From the human T2T-CHM13v2.0 reference genome, Homo sapiens, in assembly GCF_009914755.1 (NCBI RefSeq), contig NC_060947.1: a stretch of DNA of 64,000 bases, one strand, 5' to 3'. How positions within the stretch are numbered: position 1 is the first letter of the stretch; each line of letters starts with the position of its first letter. Below, piece after piece: positions 14,401 to 28,059 of the stretch. Both the position numbers and the translations under genes were made by a program. The notes under the pieces were generated by a model, which saw nothing but the letters and a program-made list of their open reading frames with translations, was not told the origin of the DNA and did not search any database.

Positions 14401-15985
14401 TCACAGGATGATTCCTTGATGTGATGCTCTCCTTTTTTCCCCATGGATCAGGCTTCTTGAGATCCAAACTGCAGCAGTTGTTATTGCTCTTCTTTACCTA
14501 GCCACCCAGCAGAGCTACTGGGTTCCAGGCTGATACAGAGGAGTGTCTGCAAAGAGTCCTGTGGTGTGATCCATTTACAGGTCTCTTGGCCATGGATCCT
14601 AGCAAGTGCTCCAGTGAAGGTAGCAGGGAAGTGAAGTGGACTTTGTGAGTGTCTTTGGCTGTAGTTTTGTTTAGCGCACTGGTTTCCTTGGATGCTGGTT
14701 GTGCTAGCAGTGAACTTGTTATGTGAACAGACTCAGGACCTCTGGTTAGCCAGGATGTTATAGTTGGTGGATTTAGCTGTTGTTTTCTTTGTTTTTTGAA
14801 GCAGTGTTATTCTTCTATTAGTTGGTGTAATGGATTGAGTTTGTTGGCCTCCAACCAAAGGGTAGTGCTTTCAAGGGAGCTTCAGCTGCAGTAGTATAGG
14901 AAAAATACATGCTTGCCCTAAGGTGGCCTGAATAAGTATTTGGGTTTCTGCAGTTAGGGGTGGGGCCATAGAGCTCCCAAGAGGTTATGATTTGTGTCTT
15001 CTGCTACCAGGGCAGCTAGGAAAAGATCATCATCATGTGGGGGCATGGTTAGGCATGTCTGAGTTCAGACTCTTCTTTGGTAGGAATTGCTGTGACCACT
15101 GATGAGGATGGGGCTGTGATTCTAAGGCCAATAGAGTTTTGTTCTTAGGGGGATTATGGCTGCCTCTGCTGTCATACAGGTCACCAGAGAAATAGGGGAA
15201 AGCTGGATGTTACAGGCCTCACCCAACTCCCATTCAGTCAACCTAGCCAGTCTCACTCTCACCATGCCCCACCAACAGGTCTGAGTTTTTATCCAGGCAG
15301 CCAGTGAGCAGAACTGAGATCTTGCCCCAGGCTACAAGCCTCAGTGCTGAGAAAGCATGCATGGCTGTCAGGCCCCTCTGCTCCCCACCTGCCATGACCT
15401 CTATGCTCATATCTGTACTTCTCATTCATGCCCACCCTACCCCTGGATTTTACCCAGGATATTTAATGCTTGGTCAAAAGTTATTACAAAGTTCAGCTTG
15501 AGGTTTTCTTCTCCATGTGTTTCGTCCCCAATTTTACTGACAGCCCTCCCCATGGAGACTTGGTGATAAACTTAGAAATGCCATCCCTGAGCTTCCCTGG
15601 GAACTGTGAGTGCCTACAGGGCTTTTCCTGCTTCTTCTTCTACTTTTATATTTCACCTGGCTCTCTAAATTTGTTCCAGTTCTAGGTAAGGTAAAATCCT
15701 TTCTTAATCTGGATTTTCACGTTCTCCAGTGAGAATTTGTGTTTGGAGGCAGACGTTCCCCCTCTCACACTTTGGACAGTCACAGTTTTTTGTGGTGTTT
15801 TATGGAGTTTGCAGCTGCAAGCTGTTTCTTTCAAAGGGTCTGGGAATTCTTTTTGTTTTCCTGGTATGTTCCTGTGGTAGTTCTTGGAGCAAAAGTTCAG
15901 AATGTGAGTCTCCACACACTCTTCTGTGTCTCTCAGTGGGAGCTACAAGTTACTCCTGCCTCTTGTTCACTATTTTTCCCTTTCC
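11420..15985 (-). mobile_element. L1PB-type element (3' UTR, partial ORF2, ORF1, 5' UTR) with a large internal deletion near 13610
   Basis: L1PB 3' end (AGTTCTTTAGTGGTGATTTCTGAGATTTTGGTG); RT remnant 13153-13605 ([25 protein letters not shown]); ORF1 at 13650-14200. Confidence 0.8.
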
Positions 15986-17174
15986 TTTATCTACTTTGCT
16001 CCTTCTTTTGTACTTCTTTACAATGCATCATTAGGTTGTTTATCTAAAGTTTTTCTTATTTTTTATGTGGATATCTATAGCTATAAACTGCTTTTGCTGT
16101 ATCCCATAGGTCTTGGTATGTTGTGTTTTTTTTATCAGTTGTTTCAATAGAATTTTCAATTTCCTTCTCAATTTTTTTAGTAACCCACTGGTCATTCAGG
16201 AACACCTTGATTAATTTCTGTGTATTTGTACAGTATCCCAAATTTCTATTGTTGATTTTTAGCTTTATCCCATTGTGGCCAGAGAATATTCTTGATATTA
16301 TCTCGATTTTTTGAATGCTTTAAGACTTGTTTGTGACCTAACATACTGTCTATCCTTGAGAAAGACTCACATGCTGAAGAACAGTATGTGTACCCTGCAA
16401 CCATTGGATGACATGTTCTGTAAGTATCTATTAGGTCTATTTGGTCTATACTGTGGGTTAAGTTCAATTTTTATGTTGTTGATTTTCTTTCTGGAAGATC
16501 TGTCCAATGCAGAAAGTAGAGTGTTCAAGTCTCCAGCTATTATTGTGTTGTAATCTATCTCTCTCCTTAGTAATAATAATATTAGTTTTTTATATCTAGG
16601 TGCTCCAGCACTGGAGGCATGTATAATTTAAATTGTCATATCTTCTTGTTGAATTAACCCTAACCTCTTTACCATTAAGTAGAAATCTTCTTTGACTCTT
16701 CTTACAGTTTTCATCTAGAAATTTATTTTTTCTGATATAAATGTATGTACTTCCTCTCTTTTTAAGTTTTAATTAATATCGAATACATTTTTAATTTTTT
16801 TATTTTCAGTTTCTGTGTGTCTTTATAAGTGAAGTGTGTTTCTTGTAGGCAACAGATCATTAAGTTCTGTTTTGTTATCCCTTCAGCTAATGTACAGCTT
16901 TAGATTAGATAATTTAGTCTATTTACATTCAATGTTATTATCAATAAGTAAGGATTTACTCCTGCCATTTTGCTATTTGTTTTCTTATCTTCTCTTCCTT
17001 CTTTTTTCTTTTTCCTGCCTTTTTTTTAATGAAGGTGAATTTTTCTGGTGAAATAATTTAGTTTCTTCATTTTTATTTTTTATGTATCTGTATGTTTTTG
17101 GTTTGGGATTACAATAGGCTTGCAAATAATGTCTTATAATCCATTAACAACTTTAACACTGTTTGCATCAATAA

Positions 17175-17519
<345 letters not shown>

Positions 17520-17969
17520 TCATCCTTCCACTGTTTAATTTTTTTCATTTCTATTCATATCTTATTGTATTATCTGTCTTGAAAAGTTGTAATTATTTTT
17601 GATTGGTTCATCATTTAGTATTTCTACTTAAAAGTAATTTGCACATCACTATTACTGTGTTATAATATTCTATTTTTCTTTTTACTTACCATTACCAGTG
17701 AGTTTTGTACCATCTGATGATTTTTTATTGATCATAAACATTCTTTTTTTTCTTATTAAATTACTCCCTTTGGCATTTCTCATAGAATTGTTATGATATT
17801 GGTAAAATTTATCAGCATTTGTTTGCTGACAAATTTTTAATTCCCCCTTTATATTTTAAGAATATTTTCACTAATTATGCTATGCTAGGGTAAAAGTTTT
17901 TTTTTTTTTTTTCTTCAGCAATTTAAACATGTTATGCCACTCTCTCCTGGCCTGTAAGGTTTTCACTTA

Positions 17970-18287
<318 letters not shown>

Positions 18288-19860
18288 GAAGTCTGTCTGC
18301 TGCTACACACATTATATCTCCTTTGTATATTACTGGTTTCTTTTGTCTTGTTGCTTTCAGGATCCTTTCTTTATTCTTGACCTTTAGGAACTTGATTATT
18401 AAATGCCTTGAATTAATCTTGTGATTAAGTTTGCTTGGTGTTCTGTAACCTTTTTGTAGGCAACATATCATCAAGTTTTGTTCTGTTATCCATTTTTTAT
18501 AACCTTCTTGGATATTGACATTTTTTTCTTTAGGTTTGGGAAGTTCTCTGTTATTATCCCTCTGAATAATCATTCTACCCATATCTGTTACAGTACCTTC
18601 TCTATAAGACCAGTAACTCTTAGATTTCCCTTTTGAGGCTATTTTCAAGATCCTGTAGGCATGCTTCATTGTTTTTCTCTTTTGCCTCCTCTGGCTTTGT
18701 ATTTTCAAATAGCCTGTCTTCTAGCTTAGTAATATTTTTTTTCTGCTTGATAATTCTGTTATTAAAAGACTGTAATACATTCTTACATTTGATGATTGCA
18801 TTTTTCACCTCCAGAATTTCTACTTCTTTATACTTATTTAAATCTCTTTGTTAAGTTTTTCTGATAGAATTCTGAATTACTTCCCTATATTATCCTGAAT
18901 TTTTTGAGTTTCCTCACACAGCTATTTTAAATTATCTGTCTGAGAGATCACATATCTCTGTTTCTCCAGGATTGGTTCCTTGTGCCTTATTTAGTTTATG
19001 TGGTGAGGTCATTATTTCTTGGATGCTCTTGATACTTGTAAATGTTCATTAGTGTCTGAGCATTGAAAAGTTAAGTATTTGTTGCAGTCCTCTCTTTCTG
19101 GGCTTTATTGTTTTTGTCCTTCTTGGAAAGGCTTTCCAGAAATTCAAACAGACTTGAGGGTGGTAATATAATCTTTATCTGCTTTGTGGGGCACCCCAAG
19201 CTCAGTAACACCATGAGTCTCACAGACTCATAGAGGTAATACCTTGATAGTCTTGGGAAATATGTGGAAAAATTACCTGGATAACCAAGCTGAGACTCTT
19301 GTTCTCTTTCTTTACTTTCTCCTAAGCAAATGGAGTTTCTCTCTCTGTTTTAGCCACCTGGAACTTGGGGTGTAGTGACACAAGCACTTTCTTGGCCACC
19401 ACCATTAGGACTGCATGGGGACAGAACTGAGCCCAGCACAGCACTGGTTCTTGCCCGAGGCCTGCTGTAACTAATTTCTAGCTACTATCTATGTACACTT
19501 AAGGCCCACAGGCTCTACAGTCATCAGGTGGTAAATCCAGCCAGGCCTATGTCTTGTCCTTCAGTGAAGCATGTTCCCCAAGTCCCTGGGAAAGTCTGTA
19601 GATGTCATCTGGGACCCAGAGACTAAATCTAAAAATTCTGGAAGTCTGCCTCGTGTTTTATTGTACTGTGGCTGGGCTGGCACTCAAACCAGAAGACACA
19701 GTTTTTGCCACTTCTCCCTCCCCATTCTGGAGACTGAAAAGCCTCACCCCATCATCACCACCACCAGAGCCCTGCTAGGAATTTTGCCAGACTAACACTA
19801 TTGTTTTCTTAAGGTCCAAGGGCTCTTTAGTCAGCTTGTGCTAAATGCTGCATGGCCTAG

Positions 19861-20370
19861 TGCTGACACCAGCTCAGTGGTGGAGACCATAACCCAGTGA
19901 CGCTAAAGGAATTAAAGACACACACACAGAAATATAGGGTGTGGGGTAGGAAATCAGGGGTCTCACAGCCTTCAGAGCTGAGAGCCCTGAACAGAGATTT
20001 ACCCACATATTTATTGACAGCAAGCCAGTGATAAGCATTGTTTCTATAGATTATAGATTTACTTAAAGTATTCCTTATGGGAAACAAAGGGATGGGCCAA
20101 AACAAAGGGATGGGCTCTGGCTAGTTATCTGCAGCAGGAACATGTTCTTAAGGTACAGATCACTCATGCTATTGTTTGTGGTTCAGGAACACTTTTAAGC
20201 AGTTTTCTGCCCTGGGTGGGCCAGGTGTTCCTTGCCCTTATTCTGGTAAACACACAACCTTCAGCGTGGGTGTCATGGCCATCATGAACATGTCACGGTG
20301 CTGCAGAGATTTTATTTATGGCCAGTTTTGAGGCCAGTTTATGGCCAGATTTGAGGACCTGTTCCCAACA
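19861..20370 (-). mobile_element. 3' LTR (MER9)
   Basis: Minus strand begins TGTTGGGAACAGG...ATCTGGCCATAAACTGGCC; preceded on minus by PPT-like AAAGGGGGACA; direct repeat of 25387-25894. Confidence 0.92.
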
Positions 20371-20399
20371 TGTCCCCCTTTGTTTTGCAAAGTGATGAA

Positions 20400-21330
20400 A
20401 GCAAAGTGGCTTTATCACAGTGAGCTACTTCTCGCAGGAGTCGGGATCCACATATGCAGACCACACAAAGACAAACAACACAGATTAATAACACAATCAT
20501 CATTGAAATCACAGAGCCTCCAAGTATTTTTATCTATTTTAATGGGTTACTAGCTGCTAATCCATCTGCAGCTCCTTTAAGCACTCCAGTTCCTGGCATT
20601 AAGGTCAGCTGTGCCTGGGATGTTTAAATATTTGTTCTTTTAATTTTGCAATATCCAAAGACAAGTTTGTAGAGTGTTCTTCTAGATGCTTTTTTATTCT
20701 TTCCCAAATTTTATCTTATTAAGAGCTATTAACAGTTTCCACAAATCCTTATGTTTAGCTCCTAGAGCAGGCCATATCAGTTGAGGTTGAGGTGCCACTA
20801 TACTGCCATGTTTCCAGATAACAGGAACTCTTGCTGTATTTCTTAGCATTTCTACCATCTGACTGTTTTGTTTAGACCACCTGAACATAGTGTGGCCATG
20901 GCACACAGACTGAGAGGTGCAATTCAAGCTAAACATCTCCTTAGGGGACAAATCCATAATGATTCCATGGGAATCATTGTGCGCCACCTCTGCCTGTTCT
21001 GCAATGCAATCTTCCCAAACAAGTACGCTCATTATTTCTGTCCAGGTCCAAATCTGTTTACAAATAGGTTTTTGAGGGTGGTATCCCTCGATTATGGGAG
21101 CAGATTTATTATGGCAAATACCGAGATCAGAAAGCATGTGTAACTGTGTCATAGAGTGATTGCATCCTGGCATTATTGCCAGCCAAGGTTGATAAATATA
21201 CCCAATAAGTATAATTGTTCTCTGTGTCAGCCATTGTTAAAGGAATACTCATGTCAATGGTGATCACGACTATCATAGCTATCATTAAATTACTCATTGT
21301 GACTGGCTGTCCCACTTTCCTCTGGTTTTC
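20400..21330 (-). pseudogene. HML-3 env remnant (signal peptide and part of SU; most of the gene deleted)
   Basis: ORFs 21127-21363 (MSNLMIAMIVVITI...NNYTYWVY) and 20694-21173. Confidence 0.7.
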
Positions 21331-23880
21331 TTTCCAAAATCTCTTCTTCAGCATCTGGCTCATGATAAAGTTTCAGGTGGCTTGATGGTATCCAAATCAG
21401 CTGTTGATTTTGGCCTGGAGAAACACAAGCATAACCTCTACCCCAATTTACTATTTTACCTATTTCCCAACTTTTTGTTATCAGATCTCTCCACCAAACC
21501 AGTAGTTCTGCTTCTTTCTTTGCAGCTGGTTTCTGTAGATGCTGTTCAACTGCTAATAGCATTTGGCCTTTAGACAGGCTCAAAAACTTTAAAGTCAATA
21601 ATGCTAGATTCAATTGCATATGGGGTGTTCCATAGTCCTTTTTTCTCCCCTTTTGCTTTTGCAATTGCTGTTTCAGGGAGAGATTCATTCTTTCTACTGT
21701 GGCATGTCCTTGAGAATTATATGGGATGCTAGTAACGTGTTTAATATTCCATATAAAGAAAAATGTAGCTAGAGCTTGGCTAGTATAGCCTGAGGCATTA
21801 TCTGTTTTAATAGAAGCTGGAACGCCATCACCACAAAACACTGCAAAAGGTGACATTTAACACAGGCAGGAGACTCCTGATTGGCATCTAGCCCAGACAA
21901 AGTGAGAAAAGGTGTCCACACATACCTGTACATAAGCTAGTCTCTCAAATGAGGGAATATGTGTGACATCCATTTGCCAAAGAGAATTAGATTCCAATCT
22001 TCGAGGACTAACTCCTCCTGTAAAAGATGAGGAATGTACCATTTTGCAAGTTGGACATCACTGGATAATAGTTTTAGCTTCTTTCCAGGTAATGCTGTAT
22101 CTGCTTTTGAGACCAGAGGCATTAACATTGGTTAAATTGTGAAAATGTCTAGCGTTAAATATTGCAGTAATAACTAGGCAATCAGCCATTCAATTCCCTT
22201 CAGTTAAAGGTCCTGGAAGAGGTGTATGAGCCCTAATATGAGTGATGTAAAAAGCATGCATTCTACTCCTAACTGCTGTTTGCAATTGGGTAAATAAAGT
22301 CATCAGTTGTTCATCTGTATGAAATCATAACTGAGCACTTTCAATTAACTGTGTGGAATGAACCATGTATGAAGAATCAGAAATCACATTAACAGGCATA
22401 TCAAAGCAGTCAATACCTCAATTACAGGTACAAGCTCTGCTTTTTGAGCTGAAGTATAGGGCATCTGAAAAACTTTACCTTTTGAGCCAGAATAAGAAGC
22501 TTTACCATTACTAGACCCATCTGTAAAAACATTCTCAGCACCTTCAATTTGTTTAAATTTAGTTATTTTATGGAGAATCCAATTAGTTAATTTCAAAAAT
22601 TGAAACAGTTTCGTTTTAGGAAAATGATTATCGAGAATACCCATGAAGTCAGCTAAATGGGTTTGCCAAATAAGAGTATTTATAAAAGCTTGCTGTATTT
22701 GTGCCTTCATGAGAAGGACAATAATTTTTTCAGGATCATATCCATGTAATTTAACAATCCGAGTTCTCCCATTTCCTATCATAGTAGCGATTTGATCCAA
22801 ATAAGGAGTTAGAGTCTGTGAATTAGTATGTGGAAGAAAAAGCCATTCTACAAGATCTTGCTCTTGAACAATAACACCAGCAGGTGAATGCTGAGTTGAA
22901 AAAATTAGCAAATGTGGGGTCTTTTCTGGATCTATTCTATTTATTTGAGCTTTATGGACTTGCTTTTCAATTAGCTGCAGCTCTGCCTCAGCTTCTTTTG
23001 TTAATTGCCCAGGGCTAGTGAGACTAGGATCTCCTCTAAGGATAGAAAATAGATTACTCACAGCATAGGTAGGAATGCCTAGAGCAGGTCATATCCAAGT
23101 AATGTCCTGTAATAATTTTTGAAAGTCATTTAATGTTTTCAATTGATCCCTATATATGATTACTTTCTGGGGCACAATGATAGTGTCATTTACTAAAGTC
23201 CCTAAGTAGGAGTAAGGAGTAGTAGTCTGAATTTTATCAGGAGCTATAATTAAACCAGTGTGAGAAATCGAATTTTGCAAGTGATCATAACATTGGAGTA
23301 ATATTTCTCGAGTGGGGGCAGCACAAAGTATATCATCCATATAATGAATAATGTAACACTGTGAAAATTTTTTAAGAGTAGGTTCAATTGCTTGCCCTAT
23401 ATAAGTCTGGCAAATTGTTGGACTGTTTAACATGCCTTGTGGCAACACTTTCCAGTGAAAATGCTTAGCAGGCTGCAGGTTGTTTACTGCAAGAATTGTA
23501 AATGCAAACCATTCACAGTCTTGCTCAGCTAAGGGGATAGTAAAGAAACAGTCTTTTAAATCAATGACTATTAAAGGCCAATTTCTTGGAATCATAGCAG
23601 GAGAAGGCAGTCCTGGCTGCAATGTCCCCATAGGTTGTATAACTGAATTAATGGCTCTTAAGTCAGTTAACATTCTCCATTTACCTGATTTTTTCTTAAT
23701 TACAAAAACTGGAGAATTTCAAGGGGAAAATATTGGAACTATGTGTCCTTTTTCTAATTGTTCAGTAACTAAGTCCTCTAAAGCCTCCAGTTTCTCTTTA
23801 CTCAGTGGCCATCATTCTATGCAAATTGGCTTATCTCAACAATTTCAAAGGTATAGGTGATGGAGGCTTAACAATGGCTG
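21290..23880 (-). pseudogene. HML-3 pol (RT-RNase H-integrase), disrupted by stops and frameshifts
   Basis: [30 protein letters not shown] (23089-23673); FTDGSSNGK (22384-23061); WQMDVTH, IKTDN and SQGHATVER (21290-22042). Confidence 0.92.
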
Positions 23881-24800
23881 CCATCAAAAATGATATACTA
23901 AACCTTGGTGAGAACTTTGTCTTTCTGCTTGAAGTGATTCCTTCAAACCTTGCAAATTTTTTTCTAGTCCCATGCCAGGGACATACCCCATTTTATGCAT
24001 CATATGTTGACTTTCAGGGCTGTATGATTGCTCAGGAATTGGAACTTGTGCTCTCCATTGTTGTAATAAATCTCTTTCCCTAAATTTATAGGTACAGAAG
24101 TTATAATTGGTTGAATAGTCTCAGGTTGTCCATCAGGCCCTTCACAATGAAAAATATAACTACTTTGGTATATTTCAGGGGCTTTACCAACTCCAACTAT
24201 GTTGAATTGAATGGGTTGAATTGGCCACACAGATGGCCAGTGCTGTAGAGAAATGATTGAAATGTCCATTCTTGTATCTACCAAACCTTTAAATTTCTTT
24301 CCCTGAATAGTTATTTCACAGGTAGGACGTTTATCAGTAATTTGATTCACCCAATAAGCTGCTTTGCCTTGTTTATTTGTGATTCCAAATCCTCCTGTTC
24401 GTTTAGTTTTACTTTTCCCCATTTCCACATCCAGCACAATCAGGAGTTGTGCTATATGCTCTCCTGGCTCTGCTTTCCAGGGAACAGAAGTAGATATAAC
24501 AATTTGAATTTCCCCATTGTAGTCTGAATCAATGACTCCTGTTTGTACTTGCACCCCTTTTAAATTTAAACTAGACCTGCCTAGAAGTAATCCTATCATC
24601 CCTGCTGGCAAGGATCCACAGACCCATGTTGGAACTTTTTGCGGGGATTCCCCAGGTGCAGAAGGCTCACAGCTTTTGTGCAGCATAAATCTACTGTGAC
24701 ACTACTGGCTGTGTCAGGGGACAGACATTGTACAGGGGTGAGGGAATGGCCTGAGCCGGAAATGCCCCTGTTTGGAATGGGGTCTGGGACGGGCTTCTCA
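23880..24800 (-). pseudogene. HML-3 dUTPase-protease (pro), defective
   Basis: dUTPase motifs GRSS, GVIDSDYNGEI and RTGGFG; protease GLVDTRMD (DTG mutated) in ORF 24000-24686. Confidence 0.9.
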
Positions 24801-25300
24801 TGGCATTTCCCGAATTTAAAAGGAAAAGGCTCAAATGTAGCTATAATATTTCCCTGTTGATCTGGGGGGTGTATTCTAACAGGGAACTGCCAAGCCTCTA
24901 TATCACCCTCTTGTCTAGCTTGCTGAATTTCTGCCTGAATAGAACTGAGAGCGGTCGCTCGAGGCACTATTCAAACAGTCACTGGGGTAACTACTTTCAC
25001 CCAGTATTCTCCGGAAAAGAAAGATCTGGAGGGTCAGGCCACTCTTTTTCTTCAAAATAAGGAGGGGATGCAGAAGGGTAGGGATGAACCTCTTCCTCCT
25101 TCGCCACTTTAGCTTTAGCTGGCAAACAAACCTGCTCTGTCATCTCTTCTGTTACTTCATTATACTTTCCTTCTTCCTCATCATTAGTGTGAAAAGGTTC
25201 CAAGGTGGAATGAACCAGAGCCCACACTTGTCCCATTGTTACCGTGTTGCTTCTGAGCTCCCCTTCTTACTCACCACAGGTATTGCTTAAGAGTACTCAG
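24800..25300 (-). pseudogene. HML-3 gag remnant (N-terminal part; most of CA and NC deleted)
   Basis: ORFs 24997-25236 and 24596-24967 (AWQFPV...FEPFPFK, then an abrupt jump to pro-region sequence). Confidence 0.75.
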
Positions 25301-25366
25301 GTGTCTTCCAGCTTAGTTCAACATTGTCCAAACATCGCTCTGGCAACCCTTCAACCTGGGTTTGAG

Positions 25367-25384
25367 CCCCCACGTTGGGTGCCA
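25367..25384 (-). promoter_or_regulatory. Primer binding site complementary to tRNA-Lys(CUU)
   Basis: Minus strand TGGCACCCAACGTGGGGG versus canonical TGGCGCCCAACGTGGGGC, 2 nt downstream of the 5' LTR. Confidence 0.9.
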
Positions 25385-25386
25385 CT

Positions 25387-25894
25387 TGCTGGGACCAGCT
25401 CAGTCGTGGAGACCCTAACTCAGCAGCGCTAGAGGAATTAAGACATACACACAGAAATATAGGGTGTGGAGTGGGAAATCAGGGGTCTCACAACCTTCAG
25501 AGCTGAGAGCCCTGAACAGAGACTTACCCACATATTTACTGACAGCAAGCCAGTGATAAGCATTGTTTCTATAGATTATAGATTTACTAAAAGTATTCCT
25601 TATGGGAAACAAAGGGATGGGCCATAACAAAGGGATGGGCTCTGGCTAGTTATCTGCAGCAGGAACACGTTCTTAGGGCACAGATCGCTCACGCTATTGT
25701 TAGTGGTTCAGGAACGCCTTCAGCAGTTTTCCACCCTGGGTGTGCCATGTGTTCCTTGCCCTCATGCTGGTAAACCCACAACCTTCAGCGTGGGTGTCAT
25801 GGCCATCACAAACATTTCACAGTGCTGCAGAGATTTTGTTTATGGCTAGTTTTGGGGCCAGTTTATGGCCAGATTTGGGGGCCTGTTCTCAACA
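25387..25894 (-). mobile_element. 5' LTR (MER9)
   Basis: Direct repeat of 19861-20370; followed by the PBS on the minus strand. Confidence 0.92.
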
Positions 25895-27099
25895 GCCTAG
25901 GACTCTCCTTTAAGGGAAGTTGGCTCCCCTCTGTCCCAGGGTAGGTCTAGAAATATCCAAGAACCAAGTCCTGGAATTGGGGTCTCCAAGTGCCCTCTTG
26001 GTACTTTTTCCTTTTGTTGCTGAACTGGCACCTCAGGTACAAGACAAAATTCCCTTTAATTTTTCTTCCACTTTTATCAAGGGGAACAGAGTCTTGGCTC
26101 CATGGCCACCACAGCTTAGAATGTTCTGAGTTTCACCAGAAAAAAGCAAGTCTCAAAGTCTCACCCAAGACTCTTGATGTAGTACCTGGATATTGCTATT
26201 TCTTATTCAGGTCAAAGGGCTCTTTAGTTAACAGACATTTAATTCTGCCAGGACTGCATCCTTCCCTTCGTGGGTGTCAGTTCCCTTTTTTATCAGGGAG
26301 TGTCTAGAAATTTCACCCAGGAGCTAGGGCCTGGAAAGGAGGCCTGATGATTCTGACCCATGGTGCCCTGTTTTGCCATGGCTGACCTGGTACCCAAAAT
26401 GCAAGAAAAAGTCCTCCCCACACTTCCCTCTCCTCAGACAGTGGGAATGAGTCTCTTTCAGAGCCATAAGCTTTTTAGCCTGGAGTTATGGAAGGAGTGA
26501 TGCCAGCACTTTTTTAGCTACCATGGCTGTTTTCTCAGTAGGTCATCTGCGCCACCTGCAAATCCACTGTTTCTGGGTCCAATTCAGCACCAGGACTCAA
26601 CTGCAGTGGCAGTCCTTGTGGCCTAGACTGCCTTTCAAGGTTATTTAGGGCCCCATAGCACTTTAGTCTGAAACAGTCAGTCTTTTGGGAACTCAGGTTT
26701 GAACTGCTGGTATTGGCGAGTCCCCTCTGGCTATGACTGGTTTTAATGCTCCCTCCATGGGTGGGTGTCAGCTGGGTTAATTATGTGGTTTTTTTTTTTA
26801 TGTTATAACAAGACCTCAAAATTGCTGTGCTCTCCCTCTCCTCAATGCACAGAAATGATCTCTGCACCATGCTGCCCCTGCCAGGGGTGAGGGATGGGCA
26901 GTGTTAGGGATACAACTCTTCGTTCCTCACCTCTTCAGTGCTTCTCAGTGGTATAGAGTTAAAACCAGGTACTGTGAGTACTCACCTGATTCTTGGTTCT
27001 TATGAAGGCACTTTCATTTGTAGTTGTTACATTTGTGTCCTTATGGGGTGGAGGGAAAATCTGTGTAGACTTCTAGTCTGCCATCTTGTTCTGCCCCAA

Positions 27100-28050
27100 G
27101 TCCCAACTCATATTTTGGAGCCAGAATTTTTTCTAATAGTAAATAAAACAAAAACAGTATAAGAAAATAAAACTACAGAATAATACCACTCATGACCATA
27201 CGCACGACAATACTCAACAAATGATTAGCAAGTCAATCCAGAAACATATACAAATAATTATAAACCATGACCTATTACAAGAAGGCATGCCTGTTTTAAT
27301 ATTTCAAAACAATGCAATGCAATATATAATATGATTAATAAAAAGAAGCCAAGCATCATAAAAATTTCAACAATGAAGTAAAATTATTTGACAAAATTTA
27401 ACAAGCATTTTTGATGAGAAATAAGTGGGAATAGAAGGGATCTTACTCAACCTTTCAAAGAGCATCTACAAAGAACTTACAGTTAGCATAACAGAGGTAA
27501 GAGGCTGAATGCTTTCTTCATAAAATGAAAGACAAATAGGAAAGTTTATTCCCACCATTTCTATTGAAGATGGTACTGGAAGTCCTAGCCAGTGAAATAA
27601 AGCAAGAAAAAGAAATGAAAGCCATAGAAATTTGAGAAAAAGAAATACAACTCTTCCCATTTTCATTTGATATAATTACCTATGTAGAAATCCCCATCAA
27701 AGTTGGTGAAAATGTCCTTTAAATAATATGTGAGCTTAACAAGTATGCATGCTAAATAGTCAATGCATCTAAAATATGTATTTTATACAATATAGCAATA
27801 ACCATTCCAAATAAGACATGAAAAACACAGTTCCCTGTATAATAGTCCTCAAAATTAGATCATTATGTGTAAATTTATAAAAACATATATTGGAAGTCTA
27901 TGCTGATTGACACAAGTGCTGATGAATGAAATCAATAAAGAGCTGAAAAGTGGAGAGGCATACCATGCTGATAGATTGGAAGTCTCAATATATTAAATAT
28001 TTTAATCCTCTCCTAATTGATATATAAGTTTAATGCAACTCCAGTGGCAA
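27100..28050 (+). mobile_element. Old L1M ORF2 (RT region) fragment
   Basis: GGTACTGGAAGTCCTAGCCAGTGAAATAAAGCAAGAAAAAGAAATGAAAG and similar L1 RT signatures. Confidence 0.7.
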
Positions 28051-28059
28051 CCTCATAAG

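Larger units (their letters stand above)
19861..25894 (-). mobile_element. HERV-K(HML-3)/HERVK9 provirus, defective, about 6.0 kb
   Basis: Two MER9 LTRs, 6-bp TSD GCCTAG (19855-19860 and 25895-25900), tRNA-Lys PBS, and betaretroviral dUTPase-pro, RT (YMDD), RNase H, IN and env remnants. Confidence 0.93.
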
